Positions 10,096 to 20,088 of a DNA stretch of 40,794 nt are shown one piece after another. Source of the stretch: a virus (Duplodnaviria > Caudoviricetes). The position numbers and the translations under genes were made by a program. Below the pieces are notes generated by a model. The model did not search any database. It was not told where the DNA came from and saw nothing but the letters and a program-made list of their open reading frames with translations. Numbering within the stretch: the stretch's first letter is position 1; each line of letters starts with the position of its first letter. Location: positions 1 to 40,794 of IMG/VR virus record IMGVR_UViG_3300010234_000027; one strand, written 5' to 3'.

Positions 10096-11535
10096 TTATA
10101 TTTCTATGTTATCTAGTGTTTTTACTACATCATCTCCAGATTGGATGCTCGAACCACCATCTATTTTACTATCTAGGTTACTCGAAGCAGTGTCTGCACG
10201 ATTCTTTTGTGCTTGTGCGGATGTTGGGTATTTATTAGACATGAAAGCCTGCCAAGACCCAGTAGGGTCAACTGTGGACATTGTTATATTCCCATTTTCG
10301 ATTGATCTGTCTATTACTCGATTAAATTCATCTGTATTTGATGTGGCTTGTCTAAATGTCCCAATACCTAGAATTTTTTTAAACGTCTTCGCTTCGTCTT
10401 TAGATACAACCGCACCAGTACGATCTCGTGCAAGAATGTCTGTTATATCTGTTTTAAGTGACCGAAACTCCTTACCCAATTCACTTTGGTCAGTAAGTAA
10501 TTCTAGTGGGGTCTTCTTTGACTCCGCAAGTATCTCTTTTAACCTTTCAGCTGATCTTGTAAATTTAAACCCTAATTCTATCTTATCTTGCTCTCCACTA
10601 GCTAGTTCTGGTAATTCAAATCCTTGATTTTTAGCATCTTTTATTTCTTTCTTTATTTGTGACCTTCGTAGTGCCTCTGTTGCTAATTGAGATCTCGCCG
10701 CTGCCCCGAGTTGGTTGCCGACAACATCCATAAGTTCGTCAGTATTATCAAAATTCCTTCCCTTAATTAAACCGCTATCTCCTCCACTTCTAAGAAACTC
10801 CAACTTAATAGATTCAATCTTCTCAGCCTCACGAAAAGCCTGCTCATAAGCCCTCTGTTCCTTAAGAGCAACCTTAGCTATTGCGTCTCCCAACTTTCCT
10901 TCGACTCTTTCAGCCATGAACTGTAATTGTTCGACCTTAAACCTTTGCCCTGCAAATTGAGCGTTTAATTTACGATCAACCGCAGCACTTGCGTTAGCTA
11001 GGTCGTTTGATGCTACAAATTTCTGCAACGCCAAATCAGCAGCCTCAAAGTTCTGTCTTCTTGTAACATTATTCAAACGTGTTTGTTTTTGAGCTAATGT
11101 TAAGCCTTTTTCTTCGCTAACTGCTTGCCTTTCTCTGTCAAACTTTCTTCGTTGTACCACTTGTTGAGTAAAGAATTCTTTGTCAATCTTTGATAGCTCT
11201 CCAATCCCAGCCTCTTCTTCAGCCTTGAATCTTTGTTCTTCTTCTGATCCATTATCAAATAACGCACTAAATATATCTTGTTCCAGTGCTTCGTCTTGGG
11301 CTGTTAAATCAGCTACATCTTGTTGCTCTTGTTGTGTGGCTGTTTGACCAGCTTCCAGTGCACTTATTTGAGGTGTTGTATCTACTGTATTTAACTCAAC
11401 CCCTTGTGCTGGTGGTGTAGCTACAGGGTTTGATGTTTCTCCTAGTTGGTCTACTGGGATAGTGAGGTCTCTTACTTCTACCCCTGCTTCCCTTCTCCCA
11501 GCTAGTGTATTTGGTTTTGTATTTTTTGTTGCCAT
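10096..11535 (-). CDS. Probable internal virion/ejection protein (coiled coil)
   Basis: 479 aa, Gln/Glu/Ala-rich helical sequence; assigned by position. Confidence 0.5.
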   Translation of the reverse strand: MATKNTKPNTLAGRREAGVEVRDLTIPVDQLGETSNPVATPPAQGVELNTVDTTPQISALEAGQTATQQEQQDVADLTAQDEALEQDIFSALFDNGSEEEQRFKAEEEAGIGELSKIDKEFFTQQVVQRRKFDRERQAVSEEKGLTLAQKQTRLNNVTRRQNFEAADLALQKFVASNDLANASAAVDRKLNAQFAGQRFKVEQLQFMAERVEGKLGDAIAKVALKEQRAYEQAFREAEKIESIKLEFLRSGGDSGLIKGRNFDNTDELMDVVGNQLGAAARSQLATEALRRSQIKKEIKDAKNQGFELPELASGEQDKIELGFKFTRSAERLKEILAESKKTPLELLTDQSELGKEFRSLKTDITDILARDRTGAVVSKDEAKTFKKILGIGTFRQATSNTDEFNRVIDRSIENGNITMSTVDPTGSWQAFMSNKYPTSAQAQKNRADTASSNLDSKIDGGSSIQSGDDVVKTLDNIEI

Positions 11536-11536
11536 A

Positions 11537-13297
11537 TTACTCCTTTATTAATGATTTATTGACCACCCTGTGCTTATAAATTTCGTTCTTACCTGTGAAT
11601 TGCATGCATACTTTAAATTGAATCCAAGGACTAGCGTTATCTTGATCTATTGTCAGTCCTTTGTATCTTAGATCATCGTTTGCTTGTGTAATTTCCCCTG
11701 CTTTTATCCATTTCGACACTTTTGCTAATGCCGTCCCTGTTGCCCCTGTGAAGGTGTCATCTAGGTTTACGGTGTAAGTCCCCCCTGACTCGCTTATCGA
11801 GCTTATATGAGCCGATTTACCCCCTCCAGTACCTTGTAAGAACTGAACCTCGTCTCCTTCTGCGTATGAAGCCAAACTTGTCGTTGTTGTGAAGGTGTCT
11901 GTATCAGTCCAAGTTGCTGTTACTTCTGTTGGAACATCTGTCTCTGTTCTATATTTTATCACGATTTTATCACCACTGTCTAATAATGTCTTGTAAATGG
12001 TGTATATTTTACTCCATTGGTCTTGAACCTCTGTACTAAATATCTTTTCTGTTGTATAACTACCATATTTTTGAGTTGTATCAAATGTATCACTTGAGAA
12101 TACTCCATACTCCTTAGTTGTTGCGTCTGTGAAGTATTGACAACCTGCCATTAATGCACCATTTTCATAAGGTGATGAGTTGGGCTGTCTATAGAACAAT
12201 GCCCCAACAGCATTTAATCTCTGCTGTCCGTAATCTGTAAGTGTTGTATTTCCTATTGCGACATAAGAAAGTGCGTGTCTGTGGTTAAGACCCGTTGTTG
12301 TGTTGTATTCGTAAATTCCTGATGGAATTGTGTCCTCATGGTTTACTGAAACACCGCTAGATGTCGAAGCAAGTCCATTCTTGAATAAGAACATAATATT
12401 CCCATCTTCTGTTGGTATCATCCCGTTTGGATGTATTGGTCGGTCTATGGTTGTTAATCCATCTCGGATTCCATTAAATGCCTCGTTTTCCTTCTTAAAT
12501 AGTCGGTCTACTTCAGTGAATGAAGCTCCTGAGTATCTTTTCAACCTTCCGTGAGTATCAATGATGTATGGAATGTTATCCAGTACACACCCTGCTACTA
12601 CACCAGCTTCCAAATCAATACGTCTTGAGGCGGTATCCGCAGTATCTCCATCCCATTGAAATACAATCCCTCTACCATCATCAGTGTTCAAATAACCCGC
12701 AAAGATAGCTCCCTGAGCTACATCGAGAAATGTTGCAACCCAACTACTTCCTAATGCCCAATCTGCTGAGAATTGCCCCGAATCAGCGATTGTATCACTT
12801 GTACTAATACTATAAATTTTATCACCAGAATCTGTGATGTATAATCTATTACCAAATGTTTTCATTAGGTGAGTTGAAGAAGCAGTGATTTTACTAGCCA
12901 AACCTGCTGGACTACTCCATGTTGTGCTGGCTAGTTTTGAAATCCCTGTCCCGTCAGCTACATACATACTTCCATTGAATACCTCCAAACCACCAGCGTA
13001 AGTGTCTACACTTGATGGAGCTCCTGATGTTACATCCTTAGAGAACCCGTCATCTGGGGCATTAGCTCCAACATATACAGATGTGTCTGAACAGAAGTAA
13101 TATTTGTCATTATAATACGCAAAATCCAACGGTACTTGCATGTCCGTTGGTTTTGTAATTAATTTCATGCGTTCAGAAGCTCTTATAGAACCAAAAGAGG
13201 AACTTATATCAATCCCGAAAGACTCAGCTAAATCACCTAGAAGGTATCCATAATTTGCTGATTTCATTATTTGATTTTTTGGTATTGATTTTGTCAT
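11537..13297 (-). CDS. Tail nozzle/stabilisation-like protein (P22 gp10/T7 gp12 position)
   Basis: 586 aa with beta-propeller-like short strands; sits between adaptor and ejection genes. Confidence 0.55.
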   Translation of the reverse strand: MTKSIPKNQIMKSANYGYLLGDLAESFGIDISSSFGSIRASERMKLITKPTDMQVPLDFAYYNDKYYFCSDTSVYVGANAPDDGFSKDVTSGAPSSVDTYAGGLEVFNGSMYVADGTGISKLASTTWSSPAGLASKITASSTHLMKTFGNRLYITDSGDKIYSISTSDTIADSGQFSADWALGSSWVATFLDVAQGAIFAGYLNTDDGRGIVFQWDGDTADTASRRIDLEAGVVAGCVLDNIPYIIDTHGRLKRYSGASFTEVDRLFKKENEAFNGIRDGLTTIDRPIHPNGMIPTEDGNIMFLFKNGLASTSSGVSVNHEDTIPSGIYEYNTTTGLNHRHALSYVAIGNTTLTDYGQQRLNAVGALFYRQPNSSPYENGALMAGCQYFTDATTKEYGVFSSDTFDTTQKYGSYTTEKIFSTEVQDQWSKIYTIYKTLLDSGDKIVIKYRTETDVPTEVTATWTDTDTFTTTTSLASYAEGDEVQFLQGTGGGKSAHISSISESGGTYTVNLDDTFTGATGTALAKVSKWIKAGEITQANDDLRYKGLTIDQDNASPWIQFKVCMQFTGKNEIYKHRVVNKSLIKE

Positions 13298-13298
13298 A

Positions 13299-13580
13299 TT
13301 ATCTTGCTCCGTCGTTCTTCTCTAACCATGCTCCGACGCGGTATGTCTCACCATCTATTACGAAGTTAAGCCACCTATCTGGGAAATCTAAGACAGTTAC
13401 GTTACCACCAGCCCCACCTGATACTGATACTACCAAGTCTACGTCTGTATCGGTTACTTCTGGCCTTGAGGGTACAAGAATATCTAGCATTTGTTGAACA
13501 TGGTCTAAGCTGGTACTGTTTTCCATCTGCTCTATCTTCATCTGCATTTCCTCAAATTGTCGTTTTTCCTCTGGTGTCAT
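13299..13580 (-). CDS. Hypothetical structural protein
   Basis: 93-aa ORF with 1-nt spacing to both neighbours. Confidence 0.6.
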   Translation of the reverse strand: MTPEEKRQFEEMQMKIEQMENSTSLDHVQQMLDILVPSRPEVTDTDVDLVVSVSGGAGGNVTVLDFPDRWLNFVIDGETYRVGAWLEKNDGAR

Positions 13581-13581
13581 A

Positions 13582-14604
13582 TTAGTCTAATCTGAATTTA
13601 ATAAAGTCATTGTCGGCTGTTAAATCTGATGTTGGATCAAATGTTGCAGCAGGTGCTCCAGCAGAAACTGTTAGATAACCTGCGAGTGTATTTTCACCGG
13701 AAATCTCATTAAGAGCATCATCCGCCGTTCCGCCTGCGTATGCTCTGAATGAAACATCAGCAGTACCGTTTGGGGTAAGTGTAAAGTAATAGTTACCAGG
13801 GTTTAAGGTAACACTTGATACCGCTGTCTCTACTAATCCTGTTGCTGAAATAGAACCAGTTGTTACAGAAATCTCCTGTGTTTGACCGTCTTCAGAATAA
13901 ATTACAATATCGTATGTTCCTGCTGTTCCAACAACAGATGCACTCAGATTGATAGATGTTACTACAATCTTATAAGGTAGTATGAACATGAAACACTGTT
14001 GAGTTGTGTTTGTTGCTAATTGTTTATTTGTTGCTGATGAATTAAATAAAGGCATCATAGCTTGTCCTTGATATGTAGTCACTATTGCTGCTCCTGCTCC
14101 TGCAATAGCCGTATCAATACCCTTTAGGTGCGCTGTTAGGTCGTCCACGTCATCTGCCTCTGAAGGTGTTGCGTCTGGTGTATAGTTTGTTGGAGTCCAA
14201 TCAATGTCTAATTTATCTCCATCTATTGTTATATCAGCTCCCGATATTGCAATAGGTGTGTCTGCGTTTACCGTAGCCGCAACTAAATCACCATCCGTAT
14301 TCCATACTGATAGTGTGTCTAATGCTCCCTCTGTACCTGTTACTAATTTAGTATCTGCTCCAGTAAGGTTTGCTGCTGCTATATCTCCTGTGTCTATTTG
14401 TCCCCAATCAGAAGCTCCAGTTCCCGTTCCTCGTAGAACCTTATTGTCTGTTGGTGTTGATGCGTTGATACCTACCTTAGCCTGTAGTGCCTCTGCGATG
14501 TCATTCAGCTCTGAATGCTGTGAAGCGTGATCTACTGTAGCAACCTGATCTGTTGCTGTAGGGTTTGTTAGTGTGTCTAAACTTGTTGGATAATTGATTG
14601 CCAT
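13582..14604 (-). CDS. Putative tail fibre/spike protein
   Basis: 340 aa; N-terminal MAINYPTSLD...HSELNDIAEALQAKVG anchor-like segment, Thr/Ala/Gly-rich body, C-terminal beta-sandwich-like region. Confidence 0.6.
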   Translation of the reverse strand: MAINYPTSLDTLTNPTATDQVATVDHASQHSELNDIAEALQAKVGINASTPTDNKVLRGTGTGASDWGQIDTGDIAAANLTGADTKLVTGTEGALDTLSVWNTDGDLVAATVNADTPIAISGADITIDGDKLDIDWTPTNYTPDATPSEADDVDDLTAHLKGIDTAIAGAGAAIVTTYQGQAMMPLFNSSATNKQLATNTTQQCFMFILPYKIVVTSINLSASVVGTAGTYDIVIYSEDGQTQEISVTTGSISATGLVETAVSSVTLNPGNYYFTLTPNGTADVSFRAYAGGTADDALNEISGENTLAGYLTVSAGAPAATFDPTSDLTADNDFIKFRLD

Positions 14605-14615
14605 ATATGTGTTGA

Positions 14616-14783
14616 TTAACTCTTAGATTGAAATGCCCAGGTCTGTGAACCTCCTAAACCGTTATAATAGACTGGATTACCTGTATCTTCGTCTAAATCT
14701 TGGTTGTATGCTATTAATTCTTCGTTATAGTCCCATCCTCCTACGTCTGTTGATGGTTTCTCTTGTAAGTCCCAAGTTGCCAT
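14616..14783 (-). CDS. Small acidic hypothetical protein (55 aa), not in ORF track
   Basis: MATWDLQEKPSTDVGGWDYNEELIAYNQDLDEDTGNPVYYNGLGGSQTWAFQSKS; fills the gap, starting 1 nt after the upstream stop. Confidence 0.7.
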   Translation of the reverse strand: MATWDLQEKPSTDVGGWDYNEELIAYNQDLDEDTGNPVYYNGLGGSQTWAFQSKS

Positions 14784-14784
14784 A

Positions 14785-15534
14785 TTATTTGTTTGATTCG
14801 TTAAACGGAGTAATTATTGGGTCATTTTCGAGATGACGGTTGCTATAAAACTCAACAAGCTCTGCTTCTCGCTTAGCCTCTATAACATCAAGCTCTCTAG
14901 CCTTATCTGTCATTGAGTTTTGTTTTGCATACTTGTTAGAAGCCTTTATCGCTACTAATTGATGGAATAGTGAAGGAAATCCTGGTACTGCTGTTGTATC
15001 ACCAACAACAAACGCATGTCCCGCTCGTTGGAAGTAAACTTTCATACCTGATGCTAGTGTTACACTTGCTGCAGCGGGGGCTGGGTATAAGAATATCCCA
15101 TTTGCGGTTACATCATACTTTAATGGCATCCCATCAGTCTCTTGATACTCGGTTAACGATTGACCCTTACCATACTTACGAACATCATGCATGTCCATAG
15201 GTTTTAATGGTTGATAGTTACCTGAAGCATCTTTTATGTCTACTCCTGTAATTTTAATCTGTGTTACGTCAATGGTGTAGTCTTGCTGACCAGCTACCAA
15301 TGTTGTCGTTCCTATTGGATAGTCTGTATGGTTTGTATCATCAAATTGCCATCTTTCGTCTACTTGGAAGATTTTAGTGATGATTTCATCCATTGCTAGG
15401 TTACACAGTCTAGTAAATGTTGCTAATCTATTGGTGTTACCTGTAATGATCCCATAATCCCCACCAAAGACCCATGACTCACATTCTTGCAGGATTCCAC
15501 TTTTATTTGTTGTGTCGCTAAAAGGTAATGACAT
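14785..15534 (-). CDS. Head-tail adaptor-like protein
   Basis: 249 aa with TLVAGQQDY, G.P..Y, IFLYPAP and P.FPSLFHQLVA motifs typical of podovirus adaptors. Confidence 0.65.
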   Translation of the reverse strand: MSLPFSDTTNKSGILQECESWVFGGDYGIITGNTNRLATFTRLCNLAMDEIITKIFQVDERWQFDDTNHTDYPIGTTTLVAGQQDYTIDVTQIKITGVDIKDASGNYQPLKPMDMHDVRKYGKGQSLTEYQETDGMPLKYDVTANGIFLYPAPAAASVTLASGMKVYFQRAGHAFVVGDTTAVPGFPSLFHQLVAIKASNKYAKQNSMTDKARELDVIEAKREAELVEFYSNRHLENDPIITPFNESNK

Positions 15535-15613
15535 AATTATGTTCGTGTTAATTTAATATTTAAAAGCTAAACTTAGCTAACCCAACACCCATAAAGGTGC
15601 TGAATAGATAAAC

Positions 15614-16033
15614 TTAGTCGGGTACGACGGCGGTTACAACTGCTCCAATAGCTGAATAAGCGTGTGCCATCCATCCAATAGTGCTGTCAATCTTAATAAC
15701 TTTGATTATCTCTGTATCTGTACAAAGATATTCTTTAGTTCCGTCACAATCTTCAGAGTTAATTTCCTCTCCAGATGATGCTGGTGTTCTCATTTCAAAG
15801 TTTCCTCCTGCGTTACATAAGATAGTAATCTCATGTCCGTTAGGTACGTCTGCTAGTGCTGGAAGTGTAATCCAGTCATTAGCATCGTTTGTTACTGCTC
15901 CAACCGCTACAACTTTTGCTCGCGGGTGGATAGCGTTTTGTCCCAAGACTGCTGGTGTAGCATCGTCAGGAGTTACATTCCATACATTGAAATGCAATCC
16001 GTCTAGGCTTGGGGATGTGTTTGTTACTGACAT
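15614..16033 (-). CDS. Putative capsid decoration/minor capsid protein
   Basis: 139 aa directly after the capsid gene; ITLP-type beta domain. Confidence 0.5.
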   Translation of the reverse strand: MSVTNTSPSLDGLHFNVWNVTPDDATPAVLGQNAIHPRAKVVAVGAVTNDANDWITLPALADVPNGHEITILCNAGGNFEMRTPASSGEEINSEDCDGTKEYLCTDTEIIKVIKIDSTIGWMAHAYSAIGAVVTAVVPD

Positions 16034-16061
16034 ATTAATTAGTTAGTTACTTTCTGATAAA

Positions 16062-16134
16062 ACCTTTATAGAGGGGATTCAGGGCAGAGACAATCGGTGG
16101 AAATAACTCCACCCTGAGTTCCCCCTATAAAGAG
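16062..16134 (-). other. Long imperfect stem-loop downstream of capsid gene
   Basis: CTTTATAG-AGGGGATTCAGGG ... CCCTGAGTTCCCC-CTATAAAG arms with an inner GGTGGA/TCCACC hairpin. Confidence 0.65.
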
Positions 16135-16147
16135 GAAATCATTGTGA

Positions 16148-17014
16148 CTATGCCAATGTGATGTCTACAGTAAGAGTCGCTTTAGGCGCCCATACTTTAA
16201 CTCCAATGTATCCGTATACTGCGATTTCTCGTCCAGTTTTTCCTGTAACTCCTTTCTCCTCGAATTTGATTCCTCGTGGAGCTGCGTAAGTAGCAACATT
16301 TTTAACTCCGAATACTCGGTGTCCGTCATTTGTCCATGTCTTTGTTCCTGATGGTTCATCAGATCCAGAGTCATCTACGAATGTTCCAGAACGTACTACA
16401 TAGATATCTACTCCCATGTATGAGTCCATAAATCCGTTGTTCAAAGCTGCGTCTGCAAATGAGAAACCATTTGTAGCTTGTGCTTGGATGAATCCTGGTA
16501 CGTCTGTATTTTCGATAACTAGGTATAGTCCGTTAAATACTTCTGAATATCCTGCAACCTTAGAGATAAGGTTTGACATGATAACGTTAATGTTTGCAGC
16601 AGTAGTAAATCCTCCTGCTGGTGTTGTATAAGTTCCTGTTCCATCTTCACAAACAGTGTTAAGAACAAATTTGTCGATAGCTGCCATAACTGAGTAGTTC
16701 ATGTCTTCAGTTCGAGCTGCAAATAGATCGAATTTTGAAAGTGTATCTTCAAAGTCGAATACGTGCTCTGCTGCGATGAATTCATCTGAAACAGTTAGTG
16801 TATCGTCAGTTGTAGTGTAAGCCGCAACTGAGTATGTTCCTGCCAATGCTTTAACTTCAGTAGTAGGTGCTGTTTGGTAAGGTGCTTGGATAGTCTTTGC
16901 TGGTGATCGGTCTACTGCACAGATCGCTTCAGCAACTAGTCCATTTCGTAACGCTACGTCAAGTGATGCCATTCGGTACTTGTCTCGGTAGGTTTTTGTT
17001 GAAATTGTATTCAT
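16148..17014 (-). CDS. Major capsid protein (HK97-fold, inferred)
   Basis: 288 aa after the scaffold gene; G...YMGVDIYV and YGYIGVKVW C-terminal patterns; strong codon bias. Confidence 0.8.
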   Translation of the reverse strand: MNTISTKTYRDKYRMASLDVALRNGLVAEAICAVDRSPAKTIQAPYQTAPTTEVKALAGTYSVAAYTTTDDTLTVSDEFIAAEHVFDFEDTLSKFDLFAARTEDMNYSVMAAIDKFVLNTVCEDGTGTYTTPAGGFTTAANINVIMSNLISKVAGYSEVFNGLYLVIENTDVPGFIQAQATNGFSFADAALNNGFMDSYMGVDIYVVRSGTFVDDSGSDEPSGTKTWTNDGHRVFGVKNVATYAAPRGIKFEEKGVTGKTGREIAVYGYIGVKVWAPKATLTVDITLA

Positions 17015-17055
17015 AATAGTGAATTAATAAAGTAATAAAAATTCACCGATTGTTA

Positions 17056-17595
17056 TTAGTTCTTTTTACGTGCTTTGTCTTGTCTTGCTCGCACTATTCT
17101 CATCATATCTTCGTGAGATTCTGGTAGTTGTCCATTTGAAGCCTTATGTAGCAATGCTTCGTCTGTCATTTTACCTGATCCTCCCTTAGCTCCCCCAACG
17201 TTAGCAGCTGATGCTGTCATTCGTTGTTCTGCTGATTCAGCAAGTAAACCCTTAACCATAGTAGATTCTAGAGCTTCCTTAATAGAAACGCCTTTGAGTT
17301 TCGCATATTCGCGAACATCAGCAACGTCTTCTTGGGGTACTTTAGCATCCATTAGTATATAAAGATCACTTGTACTGAGATCACCTGATTTAGTTTCGGT
17401 ACTAGACTCTTTTGAGTTTGCCTTATCACGCCATTTGTCCTTTTGGATTTTTAGAGTTTTAACTTCTTTCATTAACTCTTCTATTTCTTGACTGTTGTCA
17501 GCTGTCTCTTGTTCTGGCACTTGCCCTTCTTCAGTGTTTACAGTTTCCTCTGTATCGTTTGTAGATTCGATAATATCTGTTTCATTTGTGTTCAT
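17056..17595 (-). CDS. Probable scaffolding protein
   Basis: Acidic disordered N-terminus plus coiled coil; immediately upstream of the capsid gene. Confidence 0.65.
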   Translation of the reverse strand: MNTNETDIIESTNDTEETVNTEEGQVPEQETADNSQEIEELMKEVKTLKIQKDKWRDKANSKESSTETKSGDLSTSDLYILMDAKVPQEDVADVREYAKLKGVSIKEALESTMVKGLLAESAEQRMTASAANVGGAKGGSGKMTDEALLHKASNGQLPESHEDMMRIVRARQDKARKKN

Positions 17596-17647
17596 AGTTT
17601 TGTCTAAGTTAATTCATTTGTGGTGAGTTTTGTCTCAGCTACTTATA

Positions 17648-17656
17648 ATTATACCA
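17648..17656 (-). promoter_or_regulatory. Extended -10 promoter (TGGTATAAT) for scaffold/capsid genes
   Basis: Exact TGnTATAAT in the intergenic gap; the same motif recurs at more than 10 sites, mostly gene boundaries. Confidence 0.6.
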
Positions 17657-17673
17657 TACTATTTCGAAATAGC

Positions 17674-18249
17674 TTATTTGGTACTATCTTTTTCTAATCT
17701 TTCTTTAGTTTCTTCCACCGTTTCATCATCTTGCCCTGCTAAGATCTCCAACTGTGATAGTTGGACCTCAACATGCATAATAAGTGTGTTTCTTGCAACT
17801 AATCCTGTATAAAAGCTCTCTGCTGACTTAGCTCCAAGTTTAGTTAAGCTGTCTATATTAATCTTTCTGCTTATTCCTAAGCCTTCACTAATATACTCAA
17901 GCTCTCCTAATTGCTGAGAGAGTAGCTTAATAAGCATCTCTCTTGCTTTAAACACTGGTAGTAAGTCGTCAATCGCTTTCTTCTCTACGTCTACCGTTAG
18001 CCATAAGTCCATCAGTTGATGTCTTGGTGCGTCTGGGTCTAATGTAGGGTTAAATGTTTTTGACATGAGTGCCAGTAGGTCTTTCTTTCCCTTGAAGTTA
18101 CCCACAATGATTTTCTTCTCATCGTCAGATAGATCCATTTGTAGAAATACCTTACGCATTGTCATCAATAACCCATCATTATCACGAAATGTGTTTTGGA
18201 TCATTGACAGCTCTGCATCTGTATACCTCATTTGTTGTTTCTTACTCAT
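17674..18249 (-). CDS. Hypothetical protein between portal and scaffold
   Basis: 191-aa helical ORF in the operon. Confidence 0.7.
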   Translation of the reverse strand: MSKKQQMRYTDAELSMIQNTFRDNDGLLMTMRKVFLQMDLSDDEKKIIVGNFKGKKDLLALMSKTFNPTLDPDAPRHQLMDLWLTVDVEKKAIDDLLPVFKAREMLIKLLSQQLGELEYISEGLGISRKINIDSLTKLGAKSAESFYTGLVARNTLIMHVEVQLSQLEILAGQDDETVEETKERLEKDSTK

Positions 18250-18257
18250 TGATTGTT

Positions 18258-20084
18258 TTATTGATTATTTCCTAATTCCTGTAACCCCGCATCGACTTGT
18301 CCACCTTCGGCTGCTGCGGGAGCACTACTTACTTGTTGTAATTCAATAGGTGATACCTCTCCTGTTAGGGTTAGGATCTTATTGAATAGCATCTTCATGT
18401 TAGGATCTTGTAGAACTCCTGGGTTTGAAGCAATAGACTGCAATACTGTTGTCATTGTCTCTAATCCAGCTTGTTTGTCTGAAGATTCTCCAGTTACCTC
18501 TACTTCTACGTCCCATTCAAAGCCTTCTAGCTCATCTGCCCATGTTTTCGTTGAGATCTCGCTTGGTTTTAGGAAGCGTTGGTTACCATCTTCAGCAAAT
18601 GCTTTGACAATATCGTCTTCTTCCTGTGCTATTAGCTCTTCTTGCTCTAATTCGTTTGTAGGCTCTCCTTCCAACGCTCTCTCGAGTATTTTTTGGTTAG
18701 CTCTACGGATAGCTTCGTTAGGAATGAACATTGAGTCAATCTTCTTGATACCTTGTTCGTCTAATGTTGCTACAATCTCGTCAGTTGTGTCCATTTTAGT
18801 CATCAAGAATGGAATAATGTGTACTCTCATCATATCCTCAATAGATAATCCCTTATTCTCGGTCATAATCTCAAATAGAGAGTGTGCTTCTTGCTGTAAT
18901 GCTACAACTTGACGGTAAGCTGTCCCTGATGGGAACGTATTCCCAGAGATAGCGTCTGGTGTTGAGCTAATTTCTTTAGCAAGAGCTTGCCATTGCTGAC
19001 CATAGTTCTGCAAAGAAGTAATATCGTGTGAGTTATTAGCTACTTGAGTTAATGGTTGGTTAGGTTGGTGTACCAATACAGAACCATTCATCATATTCTT
19101 CAGCATGTTACGTCCTACATAGTTTCCGTCTGATGTTTGGAAGATTAGCTTAGACGCTAGATCTAATTGATCTTTAATAGCCTTAGCATTGTGGTTAGCC
19201 ATCCATTGTGCCTCGAACAAGTGTTCAACTGCTCCAATAGCTTGGGTTCGCCCTTCTTCCTTAATTAAGTGAGTAATCATGTAAGGATTCTTCTTCTCCC
19301 TACCACTCACTAGTGTGAAGTCATCAAACTCTCCGCTGTCTTTGTTCTCAATGAATGAGATCACGTGCATCTGTTGTGTATAAATATCCTCGTCCTCTTC
19401 TTTTCCTGTTAGGTAAGATAGCGGTAGTTCTCCATGAACCTCATATAGCTTGATGAAGTTAGCCTTTGTATCCTTGTTCTCTCTACCAAGACCCTGCCTT
19501 GCTGCTGTAGCATCGAGTAGTTTATCCACAATCTCTTGATCGTAACCCTTTCGTTTCTTTAGTTGTGCTGGTGTTAGTTCTAATAGTTCAATCACTGCAT
19601 CATTATCAAAATCAATTTGATCTACAATCAGTCTATTCCATGGAATAACCATTGAATGTAGTTCACCTCCTGTTTCGATAAATTTAGTAACGGCTGAACC
19701 ATATCGAGCAAGTGTGCGACCCCAATCATTTAGAAAGACTCCAAACCTATCCTTTCGCATAAATTCTTGTAAGTGGATAGTAGCAATAAAGGATTTCATT
19801 ATATCCTCTCGCTTTGTAGGCTTCATTCTGATGTTTTTCCTATCAATATCAGTAGCTCTATACCAAATGTTAGTTGCTGCTGTTGTTATATCAAAGAAAG
19901 GTTTATCTCTCCCTTGTGAGTCAGTATCTCCAGAAACATGTTTAGAGTTTAGATAAGCCTCAATCTTGTTGATATTATCAGACAGTGAATATTGAACATA
20001 CTTAGAAATATTAGTTGTACCTGAAATGTAGTCAGTTTCATTCTTTCGTACTAGTTCAGCTACGTTGTTATTTCCTGTGTTCAT
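18258..20084 (-). CDS. Portal protein
   Basis: 608 aa, helical; located between terminase and scaffold; pattern ARYGSAVTK...IKLYEVHG...GAVEHLFEAQ...SGTA resembles P22-like portals. Confidence 0.8.
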   Translation of the reverse strand: MNTGNNNVAELVRKNETDYISGTTNISKYVQYSLSDNINKIEAYLNSKHVSGDTDSQGRDKPFFDITTAATNIWYRATDIDRKNIRMKPTKREDIMKSFIATIHLQEFMRKDRFGVFLNDWGRTLARYGSAVTKFIETGGELHSMVIPWNRLIVDQIDFDNDAVIELLELTPAQLKKRKGYDQEIVDKLLDATAARQGLGRENKDTKANFIKLYEVHGELPLSYLTGKEEDEDIYTQQMHVISFIENKDSGEFDDFTLVSGREKKNPYMITHLIKEEGRTQAIGAVEHLFEAQWMANHNAKAIKDQLDLASKLIFQTSDGNYVGRNMLKNMMNGSVLVHQPNQPLTQVANNSHDITSLQNYGQQWQALAKEISSTPDAISGNTFPSGTAYRQVVALQQEAHSLFEIMTENKGLSIEDMMRVHIIPFLMTKMDTTDEIVATLDEQGIKKIDSMFIPNEAIRRANQKILERALEGEPTNELEQEELIAQEEDDIVKAFAEDGNQRFLKPSEISTKTWADELEGFEWDVEVEVTGESSDKQAGLETMTTVLQSIASNPGVLQDPNMKMLFNKILTLTGEVSPIELQQVSSAPAAAEGGQVDAGLQELGNNQ

Positions 20085-20088
20085 AGTT

